Positions 45,634-58,399 of a DNA stretch of 64,000 nt are shown in pieces. Under the pieces are notes generated by a model. That model saw nothing but the letters and a program-made list of their open reading frames with translations. It was not told the origin of the DNA and ran no database searches. The position numbers and the translations under genes are program-made. The DNA lies in assembly GCA_964016885.1 (NCBI GenBank), contig OZ024746.1, positions 42,532,001 to 42,596,000 on the forward strand. The letters are read 5' to 3'. Origin of the DNA: Eledone cirrhosa (taxonomy: Eukaryota). Every line of letters starts with the position of its first letter. Positions within the stretch are counted from its first letter, which is position 1.

Positions 45634-45700
45634 CATATATATATATATATATATATGTATACATAAATATATATATATATATATACATATATATATAAAT

Positions 45701-47274
45701 GTGTCCGGGATGATGCCGGTGTACTTAGTGTCACGAATGATCAGAAAAAGGAGGCCTGGAAATGTCATTATGAGAGACTGATGAATGTGGAGAACAAATG
45801 GGAGAGAGAGAAATTACCCTTGGTAGATCCGACAGGGGGACCAGCTATTGAGATTGACGAATATAGGGTCCAAGAGGCAATTAGGGAAATGAAAAATGGT
45901 AAGGCTGCCGGACCATCGGGAATAGTTGCTGAGATGCTGAAGGCATCAGGGGACGTAGGCACTAAACTGGTTGCACACATCATCAATCTATGGTGGTGTC
46001 ATACCCAAAGACTGGTGCAGCAGTATTCTCATAAATTGCTACAAAGGTAAAGGGGATGCTTTGGAGAGGAGCAATTATAGGGGTATAAAACTGATAGATC
46101 AGGTTATGAAAGTGGCAGAAAGGATTTTAGCACAACTAATTAGAGAAAGGGTCAAACTAGATGAGATGCAGTTTGGTTTTGTGTCTGGGAAGAGTACAAC
46201 AGATGCCCTCTTCTTGGTGAGACAATTGCAAGAGAGGTTCTTAGAGAAGAATAAGCCACTATACTTAGCCTTTGTTGACCTAGAGAAGGCCTTTGATAGG
46301 GTACCCGAATCTGTCATCTGGTGGTCCCTAAGGAAGCTAAGTGTTGAGGAATGGCTTGTGAGGACAGTGCAAACTTTGTACAGAGGTACTCTGTAAAGTC
46401 AGGGTAGGAATGGAGTTTAGTGAAGAATTCCAGATACAAGTAGGAGTACATCAGGGTTCGGTCCTCAGCCCGTTCTTGTTCATTATAGTCCTCCAAGCCA
46501 TAACAGAGGAGTTTAAGACTGGCTGTCCATGGGAATTTCTCTATGCTGACGATCTGGTTCTTATAGCAGAATCAGTAGAGGAGCTAGAGAATAAATTCTG
46601 GCTATAGAAACAGCAGTTGGAAGCAAGAGGACTGAGAGTGAATCTAGCTAAGACAAAAGTGTTGATGAGTAGAAAAGAGGACAAAACCCTGATTCCATCA
46701 GGGAAATGGCCACGTTCGATATGCAGAAAAGGAACTGGCATAAATTCTATAAAATGCACACAATGCAGATCCTGGGTACACAAGAGATGTAGCGGGATAG
46801 CAGGCAAACTAACAGGTAGGTAGAAATATGTATGCAGTAGATGTACAGGGAAATTAGACAGTAGAAGTCGCATTGATAGACACATTTTTCAAATGCAGGA
46901 GGGCGCTATAGAAGTGGTGGATAGCTTCCGGTACCTAGGAGATCAGATTAGCATGGGAGGAGGGTGTTCCGAGGCCATAGTATCTAGAATAAGGACGGCT
47001 TGGAAGAAGTTTAGGGAGCTGATTCCTCTGTTGACGAAGAAGGGTTTCTCCCTGCGTACGAAAGGCCGGTTGTATGATGCCTGTGTGAGGAGCGCGATGC
47101 TGCATGGTAGTGAGACATGGGCAGCAAGTGCAGAGGATATGCGATGGCTGGAGAGAAATGAGGCAAGCATGCTCCGTTGGATGTGCAGTGTAAATGTGCG
47201 TGAACGACCCAGCATAAATGTGTTGAGAGAGAAACTGTGTCTGAGAGGCATAGAATGTAGTGTACGGGAGAGGA
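45701..47274 (+). pseudogene. RTE LINE RT fragment (frameshifted, with stops)
   Basis: KAAGPSGI, YKGKGD..NYRGI, QFGF, AFVDLEKAFDRV, GVHQGSVLSP, YADD, FRYLG spread over ORFs 45781-47291; 3' end cut by a PLE terminus. Confidence 0.93.
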
Positions 47275-47742
47275 GAGCAAATATTTATTAAAATAACAGA
47301 TTAAAGTTTAAGCAAAGAATCGCTGCTTTCACCCTTAACGGGATTTTCTGAAACTAACAAAGTCAATCTGTAAATGCAGAACTGGATATTTCAAAAAATG
47401 TTGCAAATGGAGGAAGACGATACTTTGGTTCGTGGAAACGTTCGCTGGCAAAGAACGGGAAAAAACGAATAATACGTCATTAATAGGAGCGGTGAAAAAC
47501 AATTACGCGCAAAGACAGAACCACGTTTATGGTATAAAAGAGGTCGTAGACTAATGTTCTCTAAGTGGTGCATAGAGACGTTCTCTGGCAATGAATGAAA
47601 AAACGAAGACAATACGTGATATGTGGAGTGTGGAGAACAATAGCACGCAAAGACAAAACCACGTAAATGGTATAGCAGAAGTCGTAGACTAAAATTCTAA
47701 CAAGGAGACCAAATGAATCTCCGCTACAGAGTTAAGAACAAT
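47275..47742 (-). mobile_element. Inverted pseudo-LTR of PLE family 2
   Basis: Reverse complement of ~49470-49935 plus a short extension (ttgctc). Confidence 0.88.
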
Positions 47743-47797
47743 ACATATATATATATATATATATATACATACATATATATATATATAATGTATATGT

Positions 47798-47865
<68 letters not shown>

Positions 47866-47901
47866 TGTATACATACATATATATATATATAATGTATATG
47901 T

Positions 47902-47932
<31 letters not shown>

Positions 47933-47995
47933 CATACATATATATATATATAATGTATATGTATACATACATATATATATATATAATGTATATGT

Positions 47996-48026
<31 letters not shown>

Positions 48027-48130
48027 CATATATATATAATATATATGTATACATACATATATATATATATATATACATATATATATAATATATATGTATA
48101 CATACATATATATATATATAATGTATATGT

Positions 48131-48171
<41 letters not shown>

Positions 48172-48187
48172 TATATAATATATATGT

Positions 48188-48218
<31 letters not shown>

Positions 48219-48291
48219 CATATATATATAATATATATGTATACATACATATATATATATATATATATACATATATATATAATATATATGT

Positions 48292-48334
<43 letters not shown>

Positions 48335-48350
48335 TATATAATATATATGT

Positions 48351-48389
<39 letters not shown>

Positions 48390-48416
48390 TATATAATATA
48401 TATGTATACATACATA

Positions 48417-48454
<38 letters not shown>

Positions 48455-48464
48455 ATATATATGT

Positions 48465-48513
<49 letters not shown>

Positions 48514-48535
48514 TACATATATATAATATATATGT

Positions 48536-48596
<61 letters not shown>

Positions 48597-48604
48597 GTAT
48601 ATGT

Positions 48605-48645
<41 letters not shown>
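47743..48645. repeat. Higher-order TA satellite, unit aat(g/a)tatatgtatacataca(ta)n
   Basis: Direct. Confidence 0.92.
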
Positions 48646-48648
<3 letters not shown>

Positions 48649-49935
48649 ATAATAATAAATTTGAAGACTAAAATCCAAAGAGGGCTCGATAAGGTTAAAT
48701 AATATGACGTCACTTTCAGCTTATATCTGGAGTCTAAAAGACAACCACACCCAATATAAGTTACACTGGGAGATCCTAGCTAGGGCTAGATCGTATAACG
48801 GAAATAAAAGACCATGTGGCCTCTGCGCCGCTGAGGCCCTGGAAATACTCTACGCCACAGACCACATCTTAAACAAAAAATCTGAGGCAATTTCAGCTTG
48901 TAAACATAAATTGCACAAAACTTTCCTGTATTACAGCCCCACGTTATACCCTAACGGATAGTACGATCTATACGTGGATATTCTACGTCTTGATGTGGTA
49001 GCTAAGTAAGTATATATTACCTGGATGTTTTGTGAAGGTACGTATACCTTCTCGTACGTATATTTGATTGTATATGTTATGGCGTATAATTTTATATATT
49101 CTGGTACATATGGTTTGGTTATGTGTATACGGGAGTTTTGCGTCTGTGTGAGTATGCAGGTTTGTACGTATGTAGGGGGCGTGTACATGAGTACTTCTTG
49201 TTTTGGTTGACTTACGTCTCCGAACATTTGTGTATTTACATGTAGGTATGTGTGTGCGCTTGTTATATGCGTATTTATTTATTTATATACGTTTATTTAA
49301 TTATTTATTTATTTGTATACACGCATACACACACACACATATTTATATGTGCGTGGTTTTGTATACCTATGGTAAGTGTTTTCGCGTATGCTTGTGTATG
49401 TACGTATTTGTATGCGTGTATGTATTTATTTAATTTCTATTACTTCTGTATTGTATTTATTTACTTTGTCCTTAACTCTGAAGCGGAGATTCATTCGGTC
49501 TCCTAGTTAGAATTTTAGTCTATGACTTCTGCTATACCATTTACGTGGTTTTGTCTTTGCGTGCAATTGTTCTCTACGCTCCACATATGACGTATTATCT
49601 TCGTTTTTTTCATTCATTGCCAGAGAACGTCTCTATGAACCACCTAAGAGAACATTAGTCTACGACCTCTTTTATACCATAAACGTGGTTCTGTCCTTGC
49701 GCGTAATTGTTTTTCACCGCTCCTATTAATCACGTATCTTATTCGTTTTTTCCCGTTCTTTGCCAGCGAACGTTTCCACGAACCAAAGTATCGTCTTCCT
49801 GTCTTCTTCCGGTTGCAACGTTTTCTGAAATATCCACTTCTGCGTTTACAGATTGTCTTTGTTAGTTTCAGAAGATCCCGTTAAGGGTGAAAGCAGCGAT
49901 TCTTTGCTTAAACTTTAATCTGTTATTTTAATAAA
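48645..49935 (+). mobile_element. PLE family 2, 3' fragment (GIY-YIG C-terminus + pseudo-LTR)
   Basis: ORF 48704-48961 [11 protein letters not shown]...WEIL...CGLC..E...LNKKSE...CKH aligns by eye to the end of the 29712 ORF. Confidence 0.88.
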
Positions 49936-49967
49936 TATATATATATATATATATATAACGTATATGT

Positions 49968-49998
<31 letters not shown>

Positions 49999-50231
49999 AT
50001 GTATATGTATACATATATATATATACTCTTTTACTCTTTTACCTGTTTCAGCCATCCGGCTGAGGCCATGCTGGGGCACCGCCCTTGATATAAATATTGA
50101 TTATATATATATATATAATGTATATGTATACATATATATATATATATAATGTATATGTATACATATATATATATATATATTATGCATATATATATATATA
50201 TGTATACATACATATATATATATATATATAT

Positions 50232-51226
50232 ATTTATTAAAATAACAGATTAAAGTTTAAGCAAAGAATCGCTCCTTTCACCCTTAACGGGATCTTCTGA
50301 AACTAACAAAGTCAATCTGTAAACGTAGAAGTGGATATTTCAAAAAATGTTGCAACCGGAGGAAGACAGGAAGACGATACTTTGGTTCGTGGAAACGTTC
50401 GCTGGCAAAGAACGGGAAAAAACGAATAATACGTCATTAATAGGAGCGGTGAAAAACAATTACGCTCAAAGACAGAACCACGTTTATGGTATAAAAGTGG
50501 TCGTAGACTAATGTTCTCTTAGGTGGTTCATAGAGACGTTCTCTGGCAATGAACAAAAAAAACGAAGATAATACGTCATATGTGGAGCGTGAAGAACAAT
50601 AGCACGCAAAGACAAAACCACGTAAATGGTATAGCAGAAGTCGTAGACTAAAATTCTAACTAGGAGACCAAATGAATCTCCGCTACAGAGTTAAGAACAA
50701 GGTAAATAAATACAATACAGAAATAATAGAAATAAATAAATACATACCCGCTAACAAATATGTACATACACAAGCATAAGCAAAACACTTACCATGGGTA
50801 TACAAAACCACGCACATATAAATATGTGTGTGTGTGTGTATGCGTGTGTACAAATAAATAAATAATTAAATAAACATAAATAAATACGTATATAACAAGC
50901 GCACACACATACCACCATGTAAATACACGAATGTTCGGAGACGTAAGTCAACCAAAACATGAAATACACATATACACACACCCTACATACGTACGAACCT
51001 GCATACTCACACAGGCGCAAAACTCCTGTATACACATAGCCAAACCATATGTACCAGAATAAAAAAAATAAAAAAATGTATACGCCGTAACATAAACAAT
51101 CAAATATACGTACGGGAAGGTATACGTAACTTCGCGAAACATACGGGTAATAGATACTTACCTATGCAAATAAATAATTGTATAAACAAAACATATACTT
51201 AGCTCAGTCTTGAAATTTATTATTAT

Positions 51227-51232
<6 letters not shown>
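50232..51232 (-). mobile_element. PLE family 2 3' region, inverted copy (tail-to-tail with 48645-49935)
   Basis: Reverse complement of ~49000-49935 with scattered differences. Confidence 0.88.
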
Positions 51233-51273
<41 letters not shown>

Positions 51274-51312
51274 TGAGAAGAATTGAGTGGTGTGTGGTTG
51301 CACATGGGTTAC

Positions 51313-51430
51313 ATATGAATAAAATTAGTCCTTCATCAGTGATTTTCCAACTTTCATTGGTATTTGATTTTTAAAGCGATGAAATACCAATGAAAGTTGG
51401 AAAATCACTGATGAAGGACTAATTTTATTC

Positions 51431-51434
<4 letters not shown>
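51313..51434. repeat. Perfect 53-bp-arm hairpin, 16-nt loop, containing CTGATGA
   Basis: 51313-51365 is the reverse complement of 51382-51434. Confidence 0.92.
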
Positions 51435-51464
<30 letters not shown>

Positions 51465-51644
51465 ATACATAAGTGTGTGTGTGTGTGTGTGTGTGTGTGG
51501 ATCAGAAGAAGGCCTTTGATATAGAGATGGCTTACATAGAAGGACTTGGAGCATCTTCACACAGAAAATCATATATGCTATTAGAACTGTGCAAGGATAA
51601 CCCTATGTCCATGTCAGCTGGAAATAGAACAGTAATAAATAATA

Positions 51645-51870
51645 ATGGTTTCTGATTTAGGCACACGGCTACCAATTTTGCAGGGGGGGGGGGTCGATTA
51701 AATTGACCCCACTGTGTTACTGATGCTTTATTTTATTGACCCCCCCCCCATAAGTATGAAAGGCAAAGCTAACCTCGATGGGATTTGAACTCAGAACATA
51801 AAGGGCCGTAACTATATGCTGCAGAACAGGGTGCTCGATGTTCTACCGAGATTACTGCCAATCCATCGCA
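51645..51870 (-). mobile_element. SINE family B, diverged
   Basis: gaaaggcaaagctaacctc..ggatttgaactc homology with 29470-29657. Confidence 0.75.
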
Positions 51871-52365
51871 GTAATAGATGATAATATATGATTATATGCA
51901 TCGATATAGACATGTTACTACAAAAACACTTAATCTTGTGAGTGTAAAATAAATGGTTGGTATTAAGAAATGCAGACCTCCAGAGAATCCATGCCAAAAA
52001 TGATACATATGAGTAAGACGACATTCTCTGATGTACCTAGGAGACCTGTAACGTTGAATAAGAACTGACTCAGAACATAATGGTCCATCCAACCTAAGCA
52101 AGCATGGAAGGTGGATGTAAAATAATGGTGATGATAATATAATCTCACCTATCCAATAAACTACTCATCAATAGATTTATAATGCTGAGTTTATATATTT
52201 CTTATTTCAGTGTTTACTCAACAATTTTGGTTTCCTCAATGATAAATACTAGTGGGCACTGTGTATACTGTGTATATTTGAATTAGCAAAACACTTAACT
52301 AAAAGGGAAACAATAAAAAGATAATGAATATGTGCATATGCATATATATATATATATATATATAT

Positions 52366-53541
52366 ACTCTTAGAAAACTAGGCGTTGACGAATGGCTTGT
52401 GAGGGCTATACAAGCCATGTATAAAGAAACAGTCAGCAAGGTTAGAATTAACAACGAATATAGTGAAGAGTTTAGCGTAAAAGTTGGCGTCCATCAGGGC
52501 TCTGTTCTCAGCCCACTACTATTTATTATTGCCCTTCAGGCTATAACAGAGGAGTTCAAGACAGGCTGCCCAAGGGAACTCCTATACGCAGACGACCTGA
52601 CACTCATAGCGGAATCAATGGCCGAGCTAGAGAAGAAATTCCAAACATGGAAGCACGGCCTAGAGTCAAAAGGACTTAAAATTAACCTGGCTAAGACCAA
52701 AGTACTAGTTTGTAGGAAAGAAAACAAGGCGGCGGTCCCTTCTGGGAAATGGTCGTGCTCGGTGTGTAGGAAAGGCGTAGGTAGAAACTCCATTTTATGT
52801 CCTAAATGCAAAGTATGGGTGCATAAAAGATGTAGTGGGATCACAGGTAAGCTAACTAAGAACATAGATTTTATATGTGGCCGGTGCTCTGGTGCAATAA
52901 GTAGCAGCAAGTGCCCACAAAATACTAGCTCTTTCAATTGCGCAGAGGGTTCTATAGAAATAGTGGACAGCTTCCGTTACCTGGGCGATAAAATCAGCAG
53001 TGGGGGAGGGTGCTCTGAAAGTACTGTAGCTAGAGTCAGAACTGGTTGGAAAAAGTTCAGAGAGCTTATACCACTATTAGCTGCTAAAGGGTTCTCACTA
53101 AAAATGAAAGGCAGGTTGTACGATGCCTGCATACGAACAGCAATGCTGCATGGCAGTGAGACCTGGGCATTGTGTGCAGAGGATATACGCAGACTAGAGA
53201 GGAACGAAGCTTGCATGCTCCGCTGGATGTGTAACAGTAATATACGTGAACGGCAAAGCATAAACGAACTAAGGAAAAAATTAGAGATAAGAGGGATCAG
53301 ATGTTGTTTACTCGAGAGAAGGCTACGTTGGTATGGACACGTGATGCGCATGAAAGTCGACAGCTGTATAACAAAGTGCAGGGCAATAAAGATAGACGGT
53401 AGTCACGGAATAGGCAGACCTAGAAAAACCTGGGACGAGCTGATAAACTCCGACATCACACACTTACACCTCTCCAAGACAATGTCACTGGACCGAGACC
53501 TTTGGCGGTACTCAGTAACAGAGAAGACCCGCCTTACCTAA
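52366..53541 (+). CDS. RTE LINE ORF, 5'-truncated but uninterrupted (RT motifs B-E, PHD-type finger, C-terminus)
   Basis: [47 protein letters not shown]; the N-terminal [10 protein letters not shown] of the ORF track comes from the microsatellite. Confidence 0.93.
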   Translation, partial: TLRKLGVDEWLVRAIQAMYKETVSKVRINNEYSEEFSVKVGVHQGSVLSPLLFIIALQAITEEFKTGCPRELLYADDLTLIAESMAELEKKFQTWKHGLESKGLKINLAKTKVLVCRKENKAAVPSGKWSCSVCRKGVGRNSILCPKCKVWVHKRCSGITGKLTKNIDFICGRCSGAISSSKCPQNTSSFNCAEGSIEIVDSFRYLGDKISSGGGCSESTVARVRTGWKKFRELIPLLAAKGFSLKMKGRLYDACIRTAMLHGSETWALCAEDIRRLERNEACMLRWMCNSNIRERQSINELRKKLEIRGIRCCLLERRLRWYGHVMRMKVDSCITKCRAIKIDGSHGIGRPRKTWDELINSDITHLHLSKTMSLDRDLWRYSVTEKTRLT

Positions 53542-53930
53542 ATATATAGTAAAACCTACTCCAGCCAGTAGGCATCTCTAACAAAATACACCCCGTCCCA
53601 CCACCACCACCCCCACCCCATCCACACCACCCCGTTCTATGTAAAGTTATTTTGGTGCCGCGCCATCGAGGCCGAAACAAATGAGATCGTGTAGGTGTCA
53701 CGACAAAAAAACACACAGTCCACGCTGTAATGTGGCCGTGTAGGCAACACGGTAAAAACCTCCCAGACCCACACTGTAAATGTGGTTGGTGTTAGGAAGG
53801 GCATCCAACTGTAGAAAACCTGCCAGACAGTCCTATGCGAGCAAGACAATCACTCTTGCCTCAAGTGGGACTACCCCCGTCCAAACCCATGCAAGCGTGG
53901 AACACGGACGTTAAACGTTGATGATGATGA

Positions 53931-53933
<3 letters not shown>
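52366..53933 (+). mobile_element. Young RTE LINE insertion with (GAT)n tail, flanked by (TA)n
   Basis: ORF plus 3' UTR ending ggacgttaaacgttgatgatgat. Confidence 0.93.

Positions 53934-53970
<37 letters not shown>

Positions 53971-54022
<52 letters not shown>
53971..54022. repeat. (GA)n microsatellite
   Basis: Direct. Confidence 0.95.
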
Positions 54023-54026
<4 letters not shown>

Positions 54027-54419
54027 AGGGGAATCAAAGTCAGTGTTGCAGCATAAGTACAAACTTTATTTTCATAGTACAATTGTTTCGATATCAATCT
54101 GCTCAGGGAACAATCAAGATCACAGGGTCTGACTCTTCTTCAAGATCTCATCAGATATGGAATACAACCCAAATGAGACATACCTCATAACAGCATTGAG
54201 TGTTTTGAATGACGTGCTACCTGTAACTCTAGTTAGACACTAACTAACATCTATATATGAAAGAGTCTTTTCAACTCTTTGTTTGACAAGTTTTCTACAT
54301 CTGGATGCCCTTCAAATCCCCAAACACTTTAAGTGTGTACTGGGTACATTTTATTGACACCAGTATTAGGGAGTTTGTCAGTTATTGATTTGATTGAAAA
54401 GCCCTTTCTATGCTATGGA

Positions 54420-54650
54420 ATTTCTTCCATTCCTTTATGGCATATCAATTTTTGATAGTATCAGGGTCCTGTCTTCTTTTCTATTTATTAAAACTAGTCT
54501 TTGCTAGGTTTACTTTTAGGCCTTTTGTTTCTAGATGTTTCTTCCATGTCTAGAATTTTGCCTGTAACACTTCCACAGATTCAGTAACAAGGCCTAGTTC
54601 ATCAGTTATACAGGAGTTCTCATGAATAGCTTGTCATAGATTGCTCTCTT
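54420..54650 (-). mobile_element. Old degraded RTE RT fragment
   Basis: Reverse strand resembles ELLY.DEL.L..ESV...LETKGLKVNLAKT. Confidence 0.6.
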
Positions 54651-57365
54651 ATGACCTGAAGAACAATGATAATCAGAAGCAGACTAAAGATGGAATCCTA
54701 GTGAACACCCATTTGCATTCCAAACCTGTTGCTGTACATATTGCCAACTTTCACCATGCTGATTGCACCCTATATATGACTTGCATGGTGCTCATATGTA
54801 CTTTATCAACATCCAGCTTTCTAAGTGAATTATACAGCAAGTATTATAGAGAGAGGGTGGAGAGAGAGAGGGGGGAGAGATGGAGAGAGAGGGGGGGGGG
54901 AGATAGAGAGAGAGTGAACAAAGAAAGAAGGAGGGAGGGAGTGTGCTGAAGGGATCACAATAATTGACTGTCACTTTATTTACTGACACCAAAATGATAA
55001 AAGGTAAAATTGACCCATTTGAAATTTGAAGTGAGAGTGCAGAGAACTGGGATTAATACTGCATATATAGGTGTGCAGGTAGGTGCAATGGTAATTTAGC
55101 AATCATGTGTATTAGCATAGAACATATAAAATGATATACACATAATTATGTAAATACATAATCCCTTTTTCCCAACATCACTTGTGGTCATATTCACGCA
55201 AGTTGATTAGTATTAACATGATGAGAAAGCTTGTGGACAATAAAATGTAATTGAGATAGCTGATTTAGCTGCAGGCAGTTCTGAATTTGTGTGTGTTGTT
55301 TAGAATTGAGGCTTTGTTCCAAGTGAGAGTGTTGACACACTGTTGCCTGGTAAATTGGTTGACAAAATTGGTATAAGATTAGATTATTGTTAAGATGTGA
55401 TTCTATATATTGCAATGTAGAATGTGTAAGATGATTTTGAAATCTATTTATCCATAGAAGGTAAGTTATGATTAGTTATAAACATGAGGATTACAAATTA
55501 ATATTGTATTTTTATGATTAGTAACATTCTTTTTCTGGTTTGACTCTAATAACTACCTCATCTAAGACCAGGATATAGGGACATCATTCAATACAGGAGT
55601 ATTGTTGCAAAATATAGACACTGAAAGGATTTATATTAGATGATAGGAAAATAGAAAATAAAATGATCAAGAAAAATGCTGTTAATCTGAATTCTTACCT
55701 GATGGTTTGTGACATTATCTAGTATATTTAAGAAAGTCAACTAACAAATGTTTAACCTACATTAAAGAAAAGAAGAAACATTGCTTGCTGTTTTAAAAAC
55801 AATATACTTTGTTAGAGGTGACCTAAAAATCATACATGCTGGATGTCCTATATTTAAGATTTTAATTATGGGACTAGAGATAGTTAATATAAAGGTTCTG
55901 CATAATATAAATAGAAGCATTTGATTCTAACAGAGCTTCCAAGAGCTGTAATATCTTTTGATGTAGTTTTGAAAAAAAAATAACAAAGCAGAAAGAAAAC
56001 ATTGGATGGCTGAGGGAGAGTTGAAGCTAGTGTTTTTATGATTTGTAGCATATTTTTTTCCTGAATAAGATACTTAAATCTACTTAATTAAAGTTTCTGA
56101 CCTCAGTATCTCTTTGCAAGTCATTTTTTGACATTTCATTACTCTTTCTGTCCATTACTGACAACTACTCATGAGTCTTCAAAATACAGCATCAAACTTC
56201 TGACACAGTCTCTCTGTACTATTTGGTACTCATGCATAAGAGGAATATTTTTATTGCATACAAAGTTAGTAGTTCTAAAAGTTTCTTCCACCATTATGTA
56301 CCTCTGACATTAGCAATAATTAAGTCACTTATATTTTATGTGAGTTAAGCTGTGCAATGTCTAAGTTATTATAGGACAATCTTGCCCTTTATATGCAAGA
56401 GACAGTTACATAATTATGGATGCGTAATATGAATAGAATTTATAATGGATCTGTTGAGGAATTCATTACATAAGTGAAATATATCTCTTTCATATATCAT
56501 ATCAATGAAGGTTAGGTTGGATTTATACAAAGCTGGAGATATATAGAGATATACTGATTATATTCCATGACAGTGTGGAAAAGTGGACGTTAAACAATAA
56601 TGATGATGATGATGATGATGATGATATATATATATATACACATATATATATCCATGTCCCGTTTCAACACTGACATGTACCTGCTAAAACACACACACAC
56701 CCTCACATACATATATCTTTTATAATAAAACACAAGAGTCATTACAACCATTTTGTGCTAGATTTGCTTGGGAAGTGGTAATTTTATATCTTCCACCTTA
56801 CCCACTTCTCTCCCACAACAGTGTTGATAAGAAGGTCAGTAGTGAAACAGGCACCTATCTAAAGCTATTTCTTAATGTATCTGTCTTCTGACAATAAATA
56901 ACATATATTCATTTTATATCTATCCATCTATTTACCTACCTAACTGTATATCTATTTTTCTATCTGTTTGTTTATCTCTCTATCTCTCTGTCTGACTGAC
57001 TGTCCTCCAAATATATCTATCTACCCCTCTCTGTACACCTAATTGTCTGTCTATTTACTTACATATCTGAACATAGGCAAAACAAAGACATTATAATTTT
57101 ATAATTTAGGGGATATATGTTTGATAAAATTGTCAGAAAATATGGAAGAAAATTAAATGAATGTAAAATGAAATACTGGAGTGACAATATCAAGAAAGCC
57201 AAGAAAAATTGAGGGTTTATGCATCATTACTAACAATGTTTTAAATATATTTTTTTAACTATAAATCCTGTCAATTTTTATGGGTAATATGCTAGGATGG
57301 ATATATATATAATAATAATAATAATAATAAAGAGGAAAAGGTGTTAAATCTCCATTATAATTATT

Positions 57366-57457
57366 GAGGTGTGACACGCATTTCACGATTGATCAGCTCA
57401 GGGCTTGGTCTGTATCTATCTGGCCCGACTCTGGATCAAAAGCTCGTCGGACTTCTG
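57366..57457 (-). ncRNA. Hammerhead-like motif, paralog of 33640-33732
   Basis: Minus strand: cagaagt-CCGACGA-long stem II-GAAAtgcgtGTC-acacct. Confidence 0.5.
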
Positions 57458-57756
57458 TTATGGTAATATATACCTACTAGAAACTATGCATTGAGTGCTC
57501 ACTTTGGTGAACCTACAGTAACTGGATGTTACAATCACTAAACTATATATATATAAAAGAAGTTGACGGGACTAGCATAAGTTTCACTCTAGTACTGGTT
57601 GCATCTCAGCGTACTCAATAGGTAAAGTTATGTAAAAATCCCAGAGGAGACACAAAGTTATTTGCTTCAATATATCACACGTAAATGGGTACCATAAATT
57701 TATACCCATACTCAAGTTTCAGCCACAATTAATGCAGCAAGGGAGTGCAAAGCATC

Positions 57757-57820
<64 letters not shown>

Positions 57821-58399
57821 CAGGTACATGTTAGTAGAGTAATTGGCTATCGAATTAATGATAATATGTGATCTCATATATCAGCTGCATCATTCATGAA
57901 AGTTAATATTGATTGGTGGGTATTGATTTCAAACACACAAAAACAAACATCTTTTGAATTGCCTTGTTAATAAATGTATACAACATATATGTAAACACAT
58001 GATATGGAATTTCATTTATGTGTTATGTGAGTACATGTGCATGTATTCTGGTAGGCGGAAACTATGCAGAAGCCTATCATGTTTGTGTGTGAGTGCATAT
58101 ATGAGTTTATTTGTTAATGTCTTCCCACTTAGCACTTAGGCAGTCAGTCATGTTTGTTTATGCCATGCAGCTGAGAGGCTCAACATGTACCTTACTTAAA
58201 ATAAACAAAAACAAAAGGAGTTAGCATTAAGAAGAACATCATACCATAAAATACTGCTTTAATAAAGGCTCATCTAACTCATGCCAGCATGGAAAAACAG
58301 AAATAAAACTGATTATGTATATATAGACCATGTGTGTATATATATATATGTGTGTGTGTGTGTGTATGTTATGTTGGTTCCCCAAAACGTCTACTGTCA

